A DNA stretch of 64,000 nucleotides from Vicugna vicugna. Its lineage: Eukaryota. This document shows, piece after piece, positions 1-12,400 of the stretch; the first letter of the stretch is position 1; every line of letters starts with the position of its first letter. Below the pieces are notes generated by a model. That model worked only from the letters and a program-made list of their open reading frames with translations. It was not told where the DNA came from and did no database searches. The translations under genes were made by a program, and so were the position numbers. Location of the stretch: the NCBI GenBank assembly GCA_013265495.1, contig MU058781.1, positions 8,537,009 to 8,601,008 on the forward strand, read 5' to 3'.

Positions 1-1052
1 ATTTTATCAAAAGCTGGCGTTATATGAGGAGCTGATGGCACAGGGGTAGTAGAGGTAGACATTTTTCCAGGGTGTGACTTCCAACAAAATAAAAGTGATG
101 CACCAGTGTGTCATATGACAGTCGTCATTGAATCACCGAGCTGTATTCTTTTTATGAAGTCTCTCCAACACTCAGCTTTCAAGGATAGAAGTCTTAAAGA
201 AGTTTGGTAGCTTCCCTACCTTTTATCTACCTAGAGAGAAGAAAAGAAAGCTCATGAGGTTAGGATTTGGTGACAGGAGGTAATTTGGAGATATCTAAAT
301 ATAAAATGAGACCTCTTTGCACATTGCCTTGCAGTATGTATAATAAACAATTGGGGTTGAAACAATCTAGGACTAGACTGTTTCTTTCTGATCAGCCCGT
401 ATGTTCTTAGTAGATGAAATTTTGGAATCCTGTATTTGGAGAGTTCTGGAATGGCTTACTTGAGTCAGGAAAAATCCTTTTGTGAGGAACTGAGTAACAG
501 TGTGCTCCTCAACCCCATCTCCATTTTGTTGAGGAAAGTTGGTTGGGAATGGTGACTAAGTGAAAGGTTGGTTGAAGTTGTGGAATATGAGCAGCTATTT
601 AAGGGGGTTAAAGTGTGATTTTTAAAGTGGAAATTGCAGAGAACAGACTTGACATCCTAAGTAAAACCAAAGACTGAAATGAAAGTCAGTATAAGGGAAT
701 TAATTAGGATGTGTGTGTATATATGTAGGTATTCATGAAAGACTCCATCAGTTGGAAGGATGTGGACAAACGTAATTGAGAAACCATTTTTATAATGGTT
801 CTTCAAAGTGCTTCAATTTGGGGGGCCATTGATACATATAATTAATTGACGTATGTTATGCATAACTTCCTGGAAAACTGTCACTGTTGCATTTGTGGCC
901 TCAGGGATAAGAAGACTTTGTAGAAGTATAAAAACATTGTTATGTCACCTGAAAATGGAGCCAAGTAATGTACATTTCTTAAGGAAAATGTTGTAGTAAA
1001 GATATTGCATACCTTAATTGTCATTCTGCGGTGAATGTTTTCCCATTAAGTT

Positions 1053-1110
1053 TATATATATATATATATATAGAAGTATAGTCAGTTTACAGTGTTGTGT
1101 CAATTTCTGG
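1053..1110 (-). mobile_element. Very short L1 3'-terminal fragment with adjacent (TA)10 microsatellite
   Basis: GAAGTATAGTCAGTTTACAGTGTTGTGTCAATTTCTGG resembles the reverse complement of cetartiodactyl L1 3' ends and the short inserts at 55371 and 59189; (TA)n at 1053-1072 lies where the tail would be. Confidence 0.6.
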
Positions 1111-1116
1111 AACTAG

Positions 1117-1248
1117 TTCTTTTTTCCCAGCAGTTAATTAGGTTTACTTATTTATTTATTTTTTATTTTTAGAAGCGATACTGGGGATTGAACCCAGGAC
1201 CTTGTATATGCTAAGCATGTGCTCTACCAGTTGAGCTATACCCTACCC
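1117..1248 (-). mobile_element. tRNA-Ala-derived SINE (camelid Vic-1-like)
   Basis: Reverse complement reads GGGTAGGGTATAGCTCAACTGGTAGAGCACATGCTTAGCAT...GGTCCTGGGTTCAATCCCCAGTA, with Pol III A and B boxes followed by an A-rich (AAAT)n tail. Confidence 0.9.
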
Positions 1249-3011
1249 TTTTCTTATAATTTTTTTTAAGAAAAATTTTAACAACTTCATTGAAGTATAA
1301 TTTAGATTATATTTACCCTTCAAATTTACAACTACTTTCCCTATAAGATCTTGTGAGGAGGTTGTCTTTATTTTAAAATAAGCCCAAGATGACTGAGAAA
1401 TGGGAGAAAATTGCTTTTCATTACATGAGGAATTATATTATGCTTTATGTTATAAAAACTGAATAGCTTTCTCTATTCAGGTTCCTAAAATTTAAATTCT
1501 GTATGCTGAGAATTTTGTTAAATTTTGCAGTGCTTTAGTGGAATGCCCAGTAATAGTTTTAATAACTTGCATGGTCATCAAATTATTTTGATGAAAGTTT
1601 TAAGCTCTTTTTTTGCAATTTTCTCACAGTAGATGTGGGAAAATTTTACCTTTTTTATTGTCTTTCTTTGGGAACTTGAGGATCAGTTTTCAATCCTGTT
1701 CCACTTTTGGCCTGACCTTTTCAGGTCACTTAAACTTCTTGTTTGCATTTCTTGTAGCATGTAAGTGGTAATACTTCAACTCACAAGTAGTTGCATTAAT
1801 TTTTGCGAATAAACTATGGAGTGCTAAATTGTGTTAAGATTACTAGTCCTTTTGGAATCACTGGCCTTCTGATATTGAACAATTTGAAATATTTTCAAGT
1901 TTTAATATTGATATTTTATAATTTTTGAGTGACAAATTGATATAGACTGATAGGTTTTCAGAAACTTTACTTTTGTTTAATTGCTTGATGATTCGCATTA
2001 CACTTTGAGATTCTGTAAAACAATTTTTTAATAATTCATTTAGAAATAGCCTGTTTCAATTTTATTTTTCTAAGAAAATGGGCAGATGAGAAAGTACTTA
2101 AAAAATCTATTTTTGCATTGTTGTCTCTGATTTTGGGAAAAAAAAAACAAACCTTTTTTAAGATGCTGACCCTGAAATGTGAAATAATGTTGGCATGTTT
2201 TGGCCTTTAAAATTCTGGTAGGTTTGGATTAAAAGACATGATGTATTTTCAGCTCTTGGACGATAGATGGCAGTATTACTGCAGCTATACCTTTATATAT
2301 AAAAAGTGAGTTTTGTGTTACAAAGAGTTTTCTCATAAAATTATTAGAAATCATTAAATTAGTTAGCACTTTATTTTTTTTCTGATTTATTGCTTTTCAA
2401 ACTTCTTAGTCGTACTTATGTAAGAATTGGACAAATTGACCTCTTCTGAGGCAGCGCGATCCAGTGCAGATACCAGCCCACCACGTATATGCTGGAGACC
2501 ACGTGTGAAATTATTCGTTCATTGCTCACTGCTTGACATTGTCCTTGCTCTGTTGGCCCTGACTGTTCTTGTCGTAAAGTGTGCTCATTGTCCTTTTGCC
2601 CAGAGGAGCGTGCTCAGGTAGCAGTTTTTTGTATCTGAAGACACATTTGATACCTTTTACCATTCCATTGATTTCACACTTAACTAAACTAAACTTCGTG
2701 TAAGGTGCAACTTGAGTAGCTCATTAATCCTCAAATCCATAAACATATATTCAGGGTAGAGAGGCTTAGTATTAAAAGAGAATGGAGTAACCTGCAGCAC
2801 TTGAACGTTTCCCTCATTCCTACTTTACCAAAATGATGGTTAATTTAAGGGGAGATGGTTTGAGTGTGGAGGCATTTGCAGAGACTCAGCTTTTGGTCCT
2901 TCCTTCCTCATAGCTTGGTAAGGCTCAAATTTAAGAGTTTCTAAGAATTTTTGTGCAGTGCTATATACACAGATTCATGTGTATCATAAACACGGGTGAT
3001 TTAAGGGCTTC

Positions 3012-3037
3012 GTGTGTGTGTGTGTGTGTGTGTGTGT
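3012..3037. repeat. (GT)13 microsatellite
   Basis: Direct reading. Confidence 0.95.
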
Positions 3038-3289
3038 TGATTGGGACTGTAACGAGATGACCTAATCTGATCACTTTACATCCTTCCTAACTCCTTGTAC
3101 TTGATGCAGCTCCACTTACACTGCCACCTTTCAGCTTACTTCCCTGGCTTAGAGACAGAGGGAGTGGCACCTCAGCTACGTCCTGTCTTAGGGTAATTTA
3201 ATTTATCTTTTTCACATGTTCTCTCCCATGGTGTGTGAGTTACTTCCATCTTAATCATTTCTACCTTTGGCATCTCAGAGACACTGTTG

Positions 3290-3500
3290 CTTAGTGATTA
3301 AGAGCAGACTATAGCCAGCTCTTAGTACTGGACCAGACTGTAAAACCAGCTACTACTGTGTGTTAGCTGTTTGGTATTGGGCAAATGACAATACCTCTGT
3401 GCTTCAGTGTCCTTATTTATTTAATGTAGATGACAACAGTAGTCCTTCCTAAAGATTAAATGTTAGTATGTATAAATGTTCAGTGTGTGTTTGGTATTAT
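3290..3500 (+). mobile_element. MIR SINE (decayed)
   Basis: TTGGGCAAATGACAATACCTCTGTGCTTCAGTGTCCTTATTT resembles the MIR core. Confidence 0.65.
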
Positions 3501-6500
3501 CATTATCATCAAACTAAGTATCTTGCACAAAATAGGAACTCAGGTGTTTTTTGTGTGTATATTAGTAAACACATGAAAACAATTTTTTGGTTGTAATGCA
3601 CTGAAGTAACTTTATTCTTTATTAAAAAAAGTGTATTTTAAAGGTTAACTGAATGTGGTGTGGTATGTGTGTGTGACTGTGTGTCTATGTGAATCCCTTG
3701 AGTTCTTCCTTACAGTCCTATTTAGGTGGCTGTCAGGTCCAGTCTGCGCAGTCCTGACATGTCTTGGATCAGATCCTCACTCACGCTATCACTTTTCCCG
3801 ACACGGACTCTACAAATTATATTGACTCAGAAATCTAATTTAATCCATTCTTATTAAATTGGAGGCAGTAATTGCTTTCAATTTAATGGGACTGAATTCA
3901 GTATTAGAAATTTTGATGTTCCGCCAAATTTAATGAAATTTGGTTATGTATATTTCCATGATGTGCATGTGTGCCTGTGAGAGAGAGAAGTGATCTGGAG
4001 CGTTACTTGTAGTCACACGAGTTATTTGCAGCGATAATAAGAGGAACATGGTACAGGGTGGCACTTCCTCATTCTTTTTCCCCTCTCTACCAGGGAATAA
4101 AGCAGAGAGAAATACAACGAAGGGCCTTCAGAATGGGATTTTCATCCATTCAGAAATAAGAGAAGGGAATTAAGAGTCTCCAGAGAAGATCTGGAATGTT
4201 GTTTACTCTTGAGGGGAGCATCCAGCCCTCCCAATGATGAAAAAAGAGCTGTGGAGTGAAATGGAATCCTTCAAAAATTTATTCTTAGCATGTTTATATT
4301 CAGTCTTTCCCACTAAATCATTTTTAGAAATGGCGAAGTTTACCGATTTTTATGTCTGATACAGTGCTTTTTCATGATTATGTTATGAATAAGAGGTGAG
4401 GCTAATTAATGAACTGATAAATACATTTTCTGAGTTAGTGTCTAATTGTTGATCATTTGATGGTGGAGTTCTGTTTCACAGAAGACGTAGTATGTCGGGC
4501 CCATGCCTCTGACTTCCTTTTACTCTTTCAGTGATTTCCGTAACCATTTTAGCTACCATCTTTTTTAAGCTGCAGTCTTTTTTCTTCCTTTTTAATTGAG
4601 TGACAGTGTACAGTAATTTAAGATGGATTCATTACATATTAACTGATTTTGAAATCTCTGTAAAGAACTACTTGACGACTGCATTTAGAGTAAAATTCTT
4701 GGTAACGAATCGAAGATAAGATCATTGAGAATATTTTCTTTTTCCCATGTGAGAGCTGAATTGTTAGCTAGCTTACAAAAATAAGGGAGCTGTGAGAGTG
4801 TTCTAGAGTAAATATGTTACGGTCTGATAAAAAAAACTATTCAGGAAATCAATGAAAGATGTAAAAGTAGAACACATTGAAAATGCTATTCAGACATCTC
4901 AATATGAGATCAAATTAAGGCAAAGAAGCTTTAGGGAGAATATTTGAAGCTTTTCATTTCCATCTCATTTGTAGCAGCTCTTTTATCTTGTGACTTAGGA
5001 AAGTTGCAAATCATGTGCAAGCCATAAACAAGGGCTTTTTTTTTCCTGGAAAAAAAAAAAACAGAGAAGGCTTTGCAGTTTTCAGTGAAGGTTTTTTCCT
5101 TTCAGCATAGAAATAGGGAGAGTACTGTACTGGGTGAAGAGTTTTTGTGTTGGTGAAATGTAAACAGCTATGTGAATGTAGTCAGCGTTTGTGTGTCTTC
5201 ATGTCAGAATTTAAACATACATATCTTTTTCTTGCAAATACATATAAAAACCATTGTACAAATGATAAAATTATTTTGTAAAATCTTATGCAGTGTAGCA
5301 ATGTGTGCATTACTTATAACACAGGATAATTAGAGCATTTGACTCATTGAGGGATTAATGCTGGAATTAAAACCTAGCAATTTCAAGCTCCTAATGACTC
5401 AGCCATTCTAACTGAGGGATATTTGGGTCAGGCATTAAAATTTTCTGAGTCTCAGTTTTCTTTGAAATGAAATGCTGCTGTCAGCCATATAAAATTAAAA
5501 TGAAAACATAAACATGAGGTATTTTAGGTTTTGAAAATACTTACGTTTAAAAATAACTTATTTATTATAATTTAATGTTATTAAATTGTAAACTGATTTT
5601 TTTTGAATTTTTATTTTTTTCAATGGATTTTTTAATACCTTGCTTTGCTCTCTGTCATCTTTGTTACATTTAAGGATATTTTTATACAATTTAGAAGCCC
5701 AGTTCCTAAATATACCAAAAGGTGGTGCTGTTTACATATGTATAATATTTTGCTTTTTGATAAAAAATGTGTTGCATGTTTTATCTGCAAATGTATTAAA
5801 TTGAGGTTATATTTTTTACGTTTAATTTTCTGTTTTGTAAATGGATTTTTATTTCAGCTAAGGTTTACTGGGACCAGGTTTTGTTTTTACTTTGGAAAGG
5901 TTTGGAAATTCAGATATTTAACAGCTATTTTGTAGACATAAACTCCTGTATAATCCAGTATAATTAATGATAAAACCTTGTATTAATGTGACAGCTAATG
6001 TGTCGTGGAAAACATAGTTGCTTTTGTATAGCAAAAACCATTAATTTTTTTAAGCCTTTAAAAACTATCCAGTGATTAAAACATAACAGCCATAAATAAA
6101 TGATTTATGTGGCTTTTAGGTCATACCTCATAGGTTTATCCATTCTGGAAAGTTATTTTATGTTAAAAGCACCTTTGAAAATTTAGCAGAATCTTTCATT
6201 GCTTGAATTTCCTACTGGCAGTAGTGTGATGAAAGGAGAATTGAGGTTCTATGCATAGCTTCCTTCGGTGGAGAATGCAAAAATTAGATAATATGAATTT
6301 GACTTGAAGTGAGGATTATTTATATAATAGGACGTGGTGAGTACATTACCCATACAGTTAGGTGAAAACCTCCTGATTGTTCACTTATGGAGTGTATTAC
6401 ATCCCACTATGACCCAAGAAGATAATATAATTAGGATATTTTTATGTGCAATCAAAGCTGTCTGTAGTTGTTTTTTGAGTATAAATAGAATTTGCCAGTG

Positions 6501-8499
6501 ATTTTTACTGGAAGTAGAGCAGCACAAAATGCTGCTGTTACTAATATTGTAAAATGCTTGACTCTTGTTTTGGGGGTAAGATGAAGAAATCTAAGATAAT
6601 TTTAGGTTTCCTTCCACTGTTTTCTTTCTTTAAAAGTAGATGTTTCAAGTTAGCAGAACTACTACATTTCAGTATTTTTCCCTTAAGTATCAGTTTTTAA
6701 GGTACTAATCCATAGAAATAAAGAGTTTACATCTTACATTAAAAATTCACCCTTGTCACTCTGAAGTGACAGTCTGTTACTGAATGTATGTAGTTTGGGG
6801 GAAGTGAAGACACACTTGGCAGTTACAGGGGTTTTTTATGTTCGTGAGAGTGTATGTGCTTACAGTTAAATGTTCACTCTTACTGCTGCTTTTGTTTTGC
6901 TAGTAATATGATTCATATGTGATTTGTCTGAATTATTTAAAAATGCATAGTTAAAGGAGGATTTGATTATTTAGCAACTGTTTTAGTAGCCGAAGACTAT
7001 CACTTAGACATTTTCTTCCAGTATTTGACAATTGTTCTGTGAGCTATGAATAGTATAAAAAATAGAAGGAAAGTATTGTGATACCTTAGTACTTCAGAAA
7101 GCCCATATTCTTAGGATACTCTTATTGTAGAGATTTAAGAAGTGTTTTAATTACCTAGCAAGAAACCGATCTGGTTTTTTACGTAGTTTTTTTTTTTGCA
7201 GATATAAAGTTTCATGGTTTTGGTAAATAAAAAAGATTATTTTCCTGAATTCCTTTTGTGTTTACAGATTTTTGTAAGGAAATTAGAAAAAGCAGAAATG
7301 CACTCAGCATAACTTAAAAAAATAGGTTGATTTTGGACATGAAACTGAGAAAGACAGCTAAGTGTCCCCAAAATACTTTGAACCAGCCCCCCCACTCCAT
7401 AGCCTCTCCCCAGGCTCCCCATAATTTCATGTTTGCTTCTCAGGGTTGGAGCCGAAGCACTAAATGTAATTTTATACAAGCAATTTTTTTTCGAAATAAT
7501 ACTTGTGATTAATAGAAATCCAGTCAAAGACATTATGTATTTGTTATGAAGAAAAGATCTATCATGCAGATTTTGTCTGGCTTCTTTAGATGCCTTATAA
7601 TAATGTGCTAATTTATGCTGATGATCTTACCTTATGACCCTTCTATGTGGCCTAGATATGTTCATATGTTATAGCTTTGTAATTTCAGTCATCTGTGTTG
7701 GTTGAATACGCTTGTTTGTCCACAGTACCACTCAGCATTCTGTGTCAAGGACTGGAAAAGAACAAAAAAAGTGTATCTTAGAATCAATTTCTTTAAGCAT
7801 GCATTCATTAGTAATGGAGGAACTTGTAAAATAGACATAATTTTAATAAGACTGTTACATCTGAACATTCATTGAAAATAGTAAGTACTCCCAAGTACTG
7901 TCAGCTTTTAATTAGAAAAGAGAATTGGGTCATTGGTTTTATTAAGCAAGAGCTTATCAGCATCTTTTTATTTTATTTTTAAATTTTTAAAAATGTCAGA
8001 GAATATCAAAGGAATGATAGATGTTGTAAGGCAGTTTTGAAGACGTTAACCATTTTATTACACCCCTTTTTCTATTCTGTAAACTTTGAGGGTCATGTGT
8101 GTAAAAGTGCCCAAGGTAGGAAAATACTGTAAGTCATTGAAAATTTCAAGACCTTATGGTGAAAACAGGGTAGGATGACCAAGGCTTAAAATGTGAGAGA
8201 ACTAAAATATTTTTTTAAAAATACTAAGATAAAAATATTCTTAGAAGATAATTTATGTGACTTAAATATAATTAAGTTATCTTCCATCCAATGGAACTTA
8301 GGAATTATTTTATTCTTTCTATAAAAGGTATACAGCAGGGAATTTTTTTTTCCTTCTAATAGTTAGCCCTTTATCTGAAAATGTAATGCCTTTTTAACTT
8401 TGCCTCAGAATTGTTGTACCCCAATTTTGGTCCTCATCTTGATCTGAAAGACACTGATCAATTCAAATATTTGAAAAACTTGTGTAATTTTTAAATTAG

Positions 8500-8630
8500 T
8501 GTACTTGGCATAACTGAATAAGCATTTCTCAAACCTCTCTGAGCCTATGATTCTTTGTCTATAAAATGGGCTACAGGGTTCTTGTGAAAATTAGTAGATG
8601 GTTGATAAATGTTAGCTGTTACTATATTAA
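8500..8630 (+). mobile_element. MIR fragment
   Basis: AACCTCTCTGAGCCTATGATTCTTTGTCTATAAAATGGG is MIR core-like. Confidence 0.55.
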
Positions 8631-9179
8631 TTACTAATAAAGAAAACTCACCATTATATATTTTTTAAATTTGAGTTTCTGAAACGAATTGGTAACTTAA
8701 TGAAATTTAATTTGAACCTGTTTAATTCATTTAAATCTATTTAAATGTCTTTTAGTTTTATGCATTTCTCTCTTGCACATCTTTTTCTGATGGTGAGTGT
8801 TCATTAGGAAATGAGGATAGGATACTGAAGTAACGTGTAACACATGGCTTCTCTGGGGAACCAGTGAGGCAGAGTGGAGCGATTTCATGGAAGGAATAAG
8901 GGATTAGAATTTGGAAGATCTGAGGTCTTACTTCAAAGATGACATTGATTATTAGTGAACTTACCTTCTTCAGCTTTTTAATTCTCTTCTGTGAAATAAC
9001 CATCTTGCTTATTCCAGAAGTGTGAGGAATAACATGACAGGTGGACAGGTCATGTTTTTTCACGTACATTGTCTCACTTTGAAAGAGCTAAAGCACTAGG
9101 TTAAGAAATGTCAGATGTGGAATCCTTCTCTTCCATGTCTAATTCCATTCCTTCTTACCCTGTCCACCCCTTTCCCCCA

Positions 9180-9400
9180 TATCAAATCAGGCTTTTACTT
9201 AACACACTCCTACGACCAAGGTTGCCTTTACTCTGCTTGTAGCACTCATTAGACTCTATTGGAATTATTTCTTTACATGTCTTTCTCTCCTGTAAAACTG
9301 AACTTGAGTACAGAGATAGCCCTTTTTTCTTATATTCAGAGAACATACTACCGTATTTGGTCTGTAATAAGCACTCAGCTCATGGTTCTTGAATGAATTT
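9180..9400 (+). mobile_element. L2 3' end fragment
   Basis: Ends in AATAAGCACTCAGCTCATGGTTCTTGAATGAAT, similar to the L2 terminus. Confidence 0.5.
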
Positions 9401-12400
9401 GTATCAATATTTATGTCATTCATGAGAAACAGGTAAAATTTGCTGAGTGATTATATAAAGTACAGAGGTGGTTTCTCACTTGTGATGCCCTGCCTTTAAT
9501 GTTAGGTGTAAACCACTGATGATTTCGTACCACCTGAAAGAATTAAATTTAGCATTATTCTGGGTCATGTAGTCTTTCATAGGTTTTTTGAGACCTCCTT
9601 AGGAGCCTGCCAGTAGTAAATGGCCTTATTGGTGCTTTACAAATGTTGGAATTTATGGGCACCTTAAGTGTAGATTTCCTGCTTAAAGTGACTGAACAGA
9701 ATAGGCTCATTGTTCTTTGTTAGTTTCCTCAATTGGTTCTTTTAATTTTCCTGTTTCTACTGGTGATACCTTAAGGCATCTGGCCATGGTGAGTATTTCT
9801 TCCTGACGCATCATTCCTTCTGCCACCTGCCAAAGAAATGCTTTTACTTTGGTCAAAGACGTTTGGAGTTAGTTAGATTTCGTTATGTTGTAGGTCATGG
9901 ACCACTCGATAAGTCTAAGCATGTCATACTGATTAGTATTACTAGAATGCTTCATTCTGATACTGTGCTGTTTTAAACCTTAAGATGTCATAGAGGATGG
10001 AAAAATCTTTTCTGAATATGCTACCAGATTTGAAGACTTCCCCTCACTCTCAGTATGATTTTCCTTTGTGTGAAGTTCCAGTAGACTGTATCAAATTTAG
10101 TTTTATATAATCTTTCAGGACCATTAGAATTTTTTCCTTAGGTGTATTTAAGTCACTCTCTTTTAAGGTAATTTAGAAAAGAGGAAATGGAGGTTTAGAC
10201 TTTAAAAAGGAAGAAAAATGGCGCATAGATCATATGTAGAGGTTTTAACCTTTCAGCCTGGAAGAGAGGGATACTTTGGGCCCTAGTCATCTTGTATCTG
10301 AGCACTGGAAGGAAGCTGAGATCCCTGCTGGAGGGTCCCTGGGACCTTGTGGGACCCCCCCCCCACACCCCATGGAAATCTATTGCAGTAAAAAAGGAAT
10401 CCATTGGATTTAATTGTTTGGATACACTCTTAAAATGCATCTTATCTGCTGCAAGTACAAGAAAGGTTACTGACATTTGAATGAAACTGTAGAAGGGCCA
10501 TACTGAGTTTTCTCAAAAGCGAGGGATGGTTAGAGAACCTGAAAAGCGCAGTACTTGTCGTTACAAACACAAAAGAGTAAAATGTCACTTATCGTCCTTT
10601 CTTTCAGTGTGATGTCTGTATTAGGTTGTAGTCAGTTTAACAAAAATTGATAGGGGTTCCCTGGGTTTTTTTTCTACCTTTGGTCTCGCTATCCTGTCTT
10701 CCAGTTGGATCTTAAATTCCCCCCAAATGTATTCTCCCGCTATGGAAATCTTTAGAAATATTAACCCCCTGACTGGGGAGGGACTACTTGCCACCTGTAT
10801 TTCTAGAAAGGGAAAAGTATGTAAATCTCTAGAAAAAGGGCTGTGTTGAGCTTAAGAAGTACTGAAGGTAAGGGAAGGAACAAGGAAGGTCGACGATAAA
10901 GCGGTGTCCGTTGAGTTAGACTCTGCGAGGCTGACCAGCTTGCCTTGTGATAGTAGCCACGCCTTCTAATCTGTCTGGGTTTCAGTTTACTTACATCTAA
11001 AATGAGTAAGTTGTACCCCAGTGCTCGCTGGTTCTTTATAAATTCATTTATTCATTAGATATTCAGCATGTGCCTGTGGTGCTGTGTATTCATCAAGGAC
11101 AAGGCAGACAGGGTCTCGTTCCTGTAAGGAGACTTCTGTTGCCCTGTCTCTGCTGCCCTGTCCCTCTCCCTGGTCTTCCCGGGTGGATAATGGGTGGTAA
11201 TTGGGTGGATAATGAGGAAATGAAGCAATGTGAAATAATTACTGACAAATTTTGGGACCTTTTTTGCTTGCTTATATATAAACTGGATCAGTATTTTTTG
11301 GGGGAAAAAACAAGTTGTAAAGAACATAGTTTATACATGTTAAAAAGGTTATTAAAAAAAAAGAAGTAAATTATCTGTTAGTGGAAGTAATTAGATGACT
11401 TGGGAGTGAAGTGAAAGGCGGCTAGAGAATGATCTTGTTGATACTTAGGTGTGCCAGGTATAAATGGAAAAGACTTCTCCCTGACATTGAAAAGTAATGA
11501 AAAAAAAAAGTATTTGAGCTTTTTGGGTGTAGTTACTCATGCTGTTATATACGGTGAAGGTCAGATGTAGCTTTTTTTATGGTTGGGAAGGGGAACCTCT
11601 TTGGTTTGAGTCAGCTCTAATATCTTTGAGCTTTATGCTTTTAGTCTGGAGAACCGAAATTCATTATCTCACGAAAGGGGAAGATAATTTGAATAGAGTT
11701 AATTGAAGTGAAAGGAGTACATTTTTAGTTAATTAAATACTTTGAGGCATCCAAAATGAAGAAAACTCTCAGATTGGCTTCTGTATCTAAAACGATACCC
11801 TGCCTGTGCAGGTTGGGGCAAGAGCGTTTAAGTCCATTGGAGGCAGCCAGGTTAGTGTCATAGAATTTAAAACTCTGACTTTTCCCAAGATACTGACGAA
11901 AGCAACTAAATTTATTGGTTATTAGGGAGCGAGAGTAAGTTCAATTTTCTCCAGACCTGTGACAATTAGAGGTTGGTTCTAGCATATCTAATGCTTAAGT
12001 TTCAAGGCTACCTCTATTTGAGAGCTGTTTTGGAGAGATAACCTTGTAACACATACATTTTAATGAGTACATTATTTTGACCACCTGCTGAAGTAGGCTT
12101 GGAGTGACTACTGACCTGAAGTGAATGCCTGTGTTCAATATTAATACGGCATGTCTGGATCCAGACAGCAATCTTTCATTTTGACATGCACATAGTCAAA
12201 GTAAATTAATGTTTAAAACCCCAACACTTTAAGTTCAGCCAGTGTGTGCATTCCATAATAATCCTTCAGAAGCAGTTTACATAGAAATGCTGAGTGCTTT
12301 CTTACACTTTATTTATCATATGTATGGGTCCGCATTGCAGTGTTTGTAACAAGATTTATCCAGCTATTTTTGTGACTCGCTTGTCTTACGGTGGCTAAAG

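Noticed and set aside
11180..11214. GGGTGGATAAT-like triple repeat and its 13-mer match at 43448
   Set aside because: Short slippage repeat; 13-mer matches are expected many times in 64 kb; no CRISPR-like repeat-spacer structure anywhere in the window
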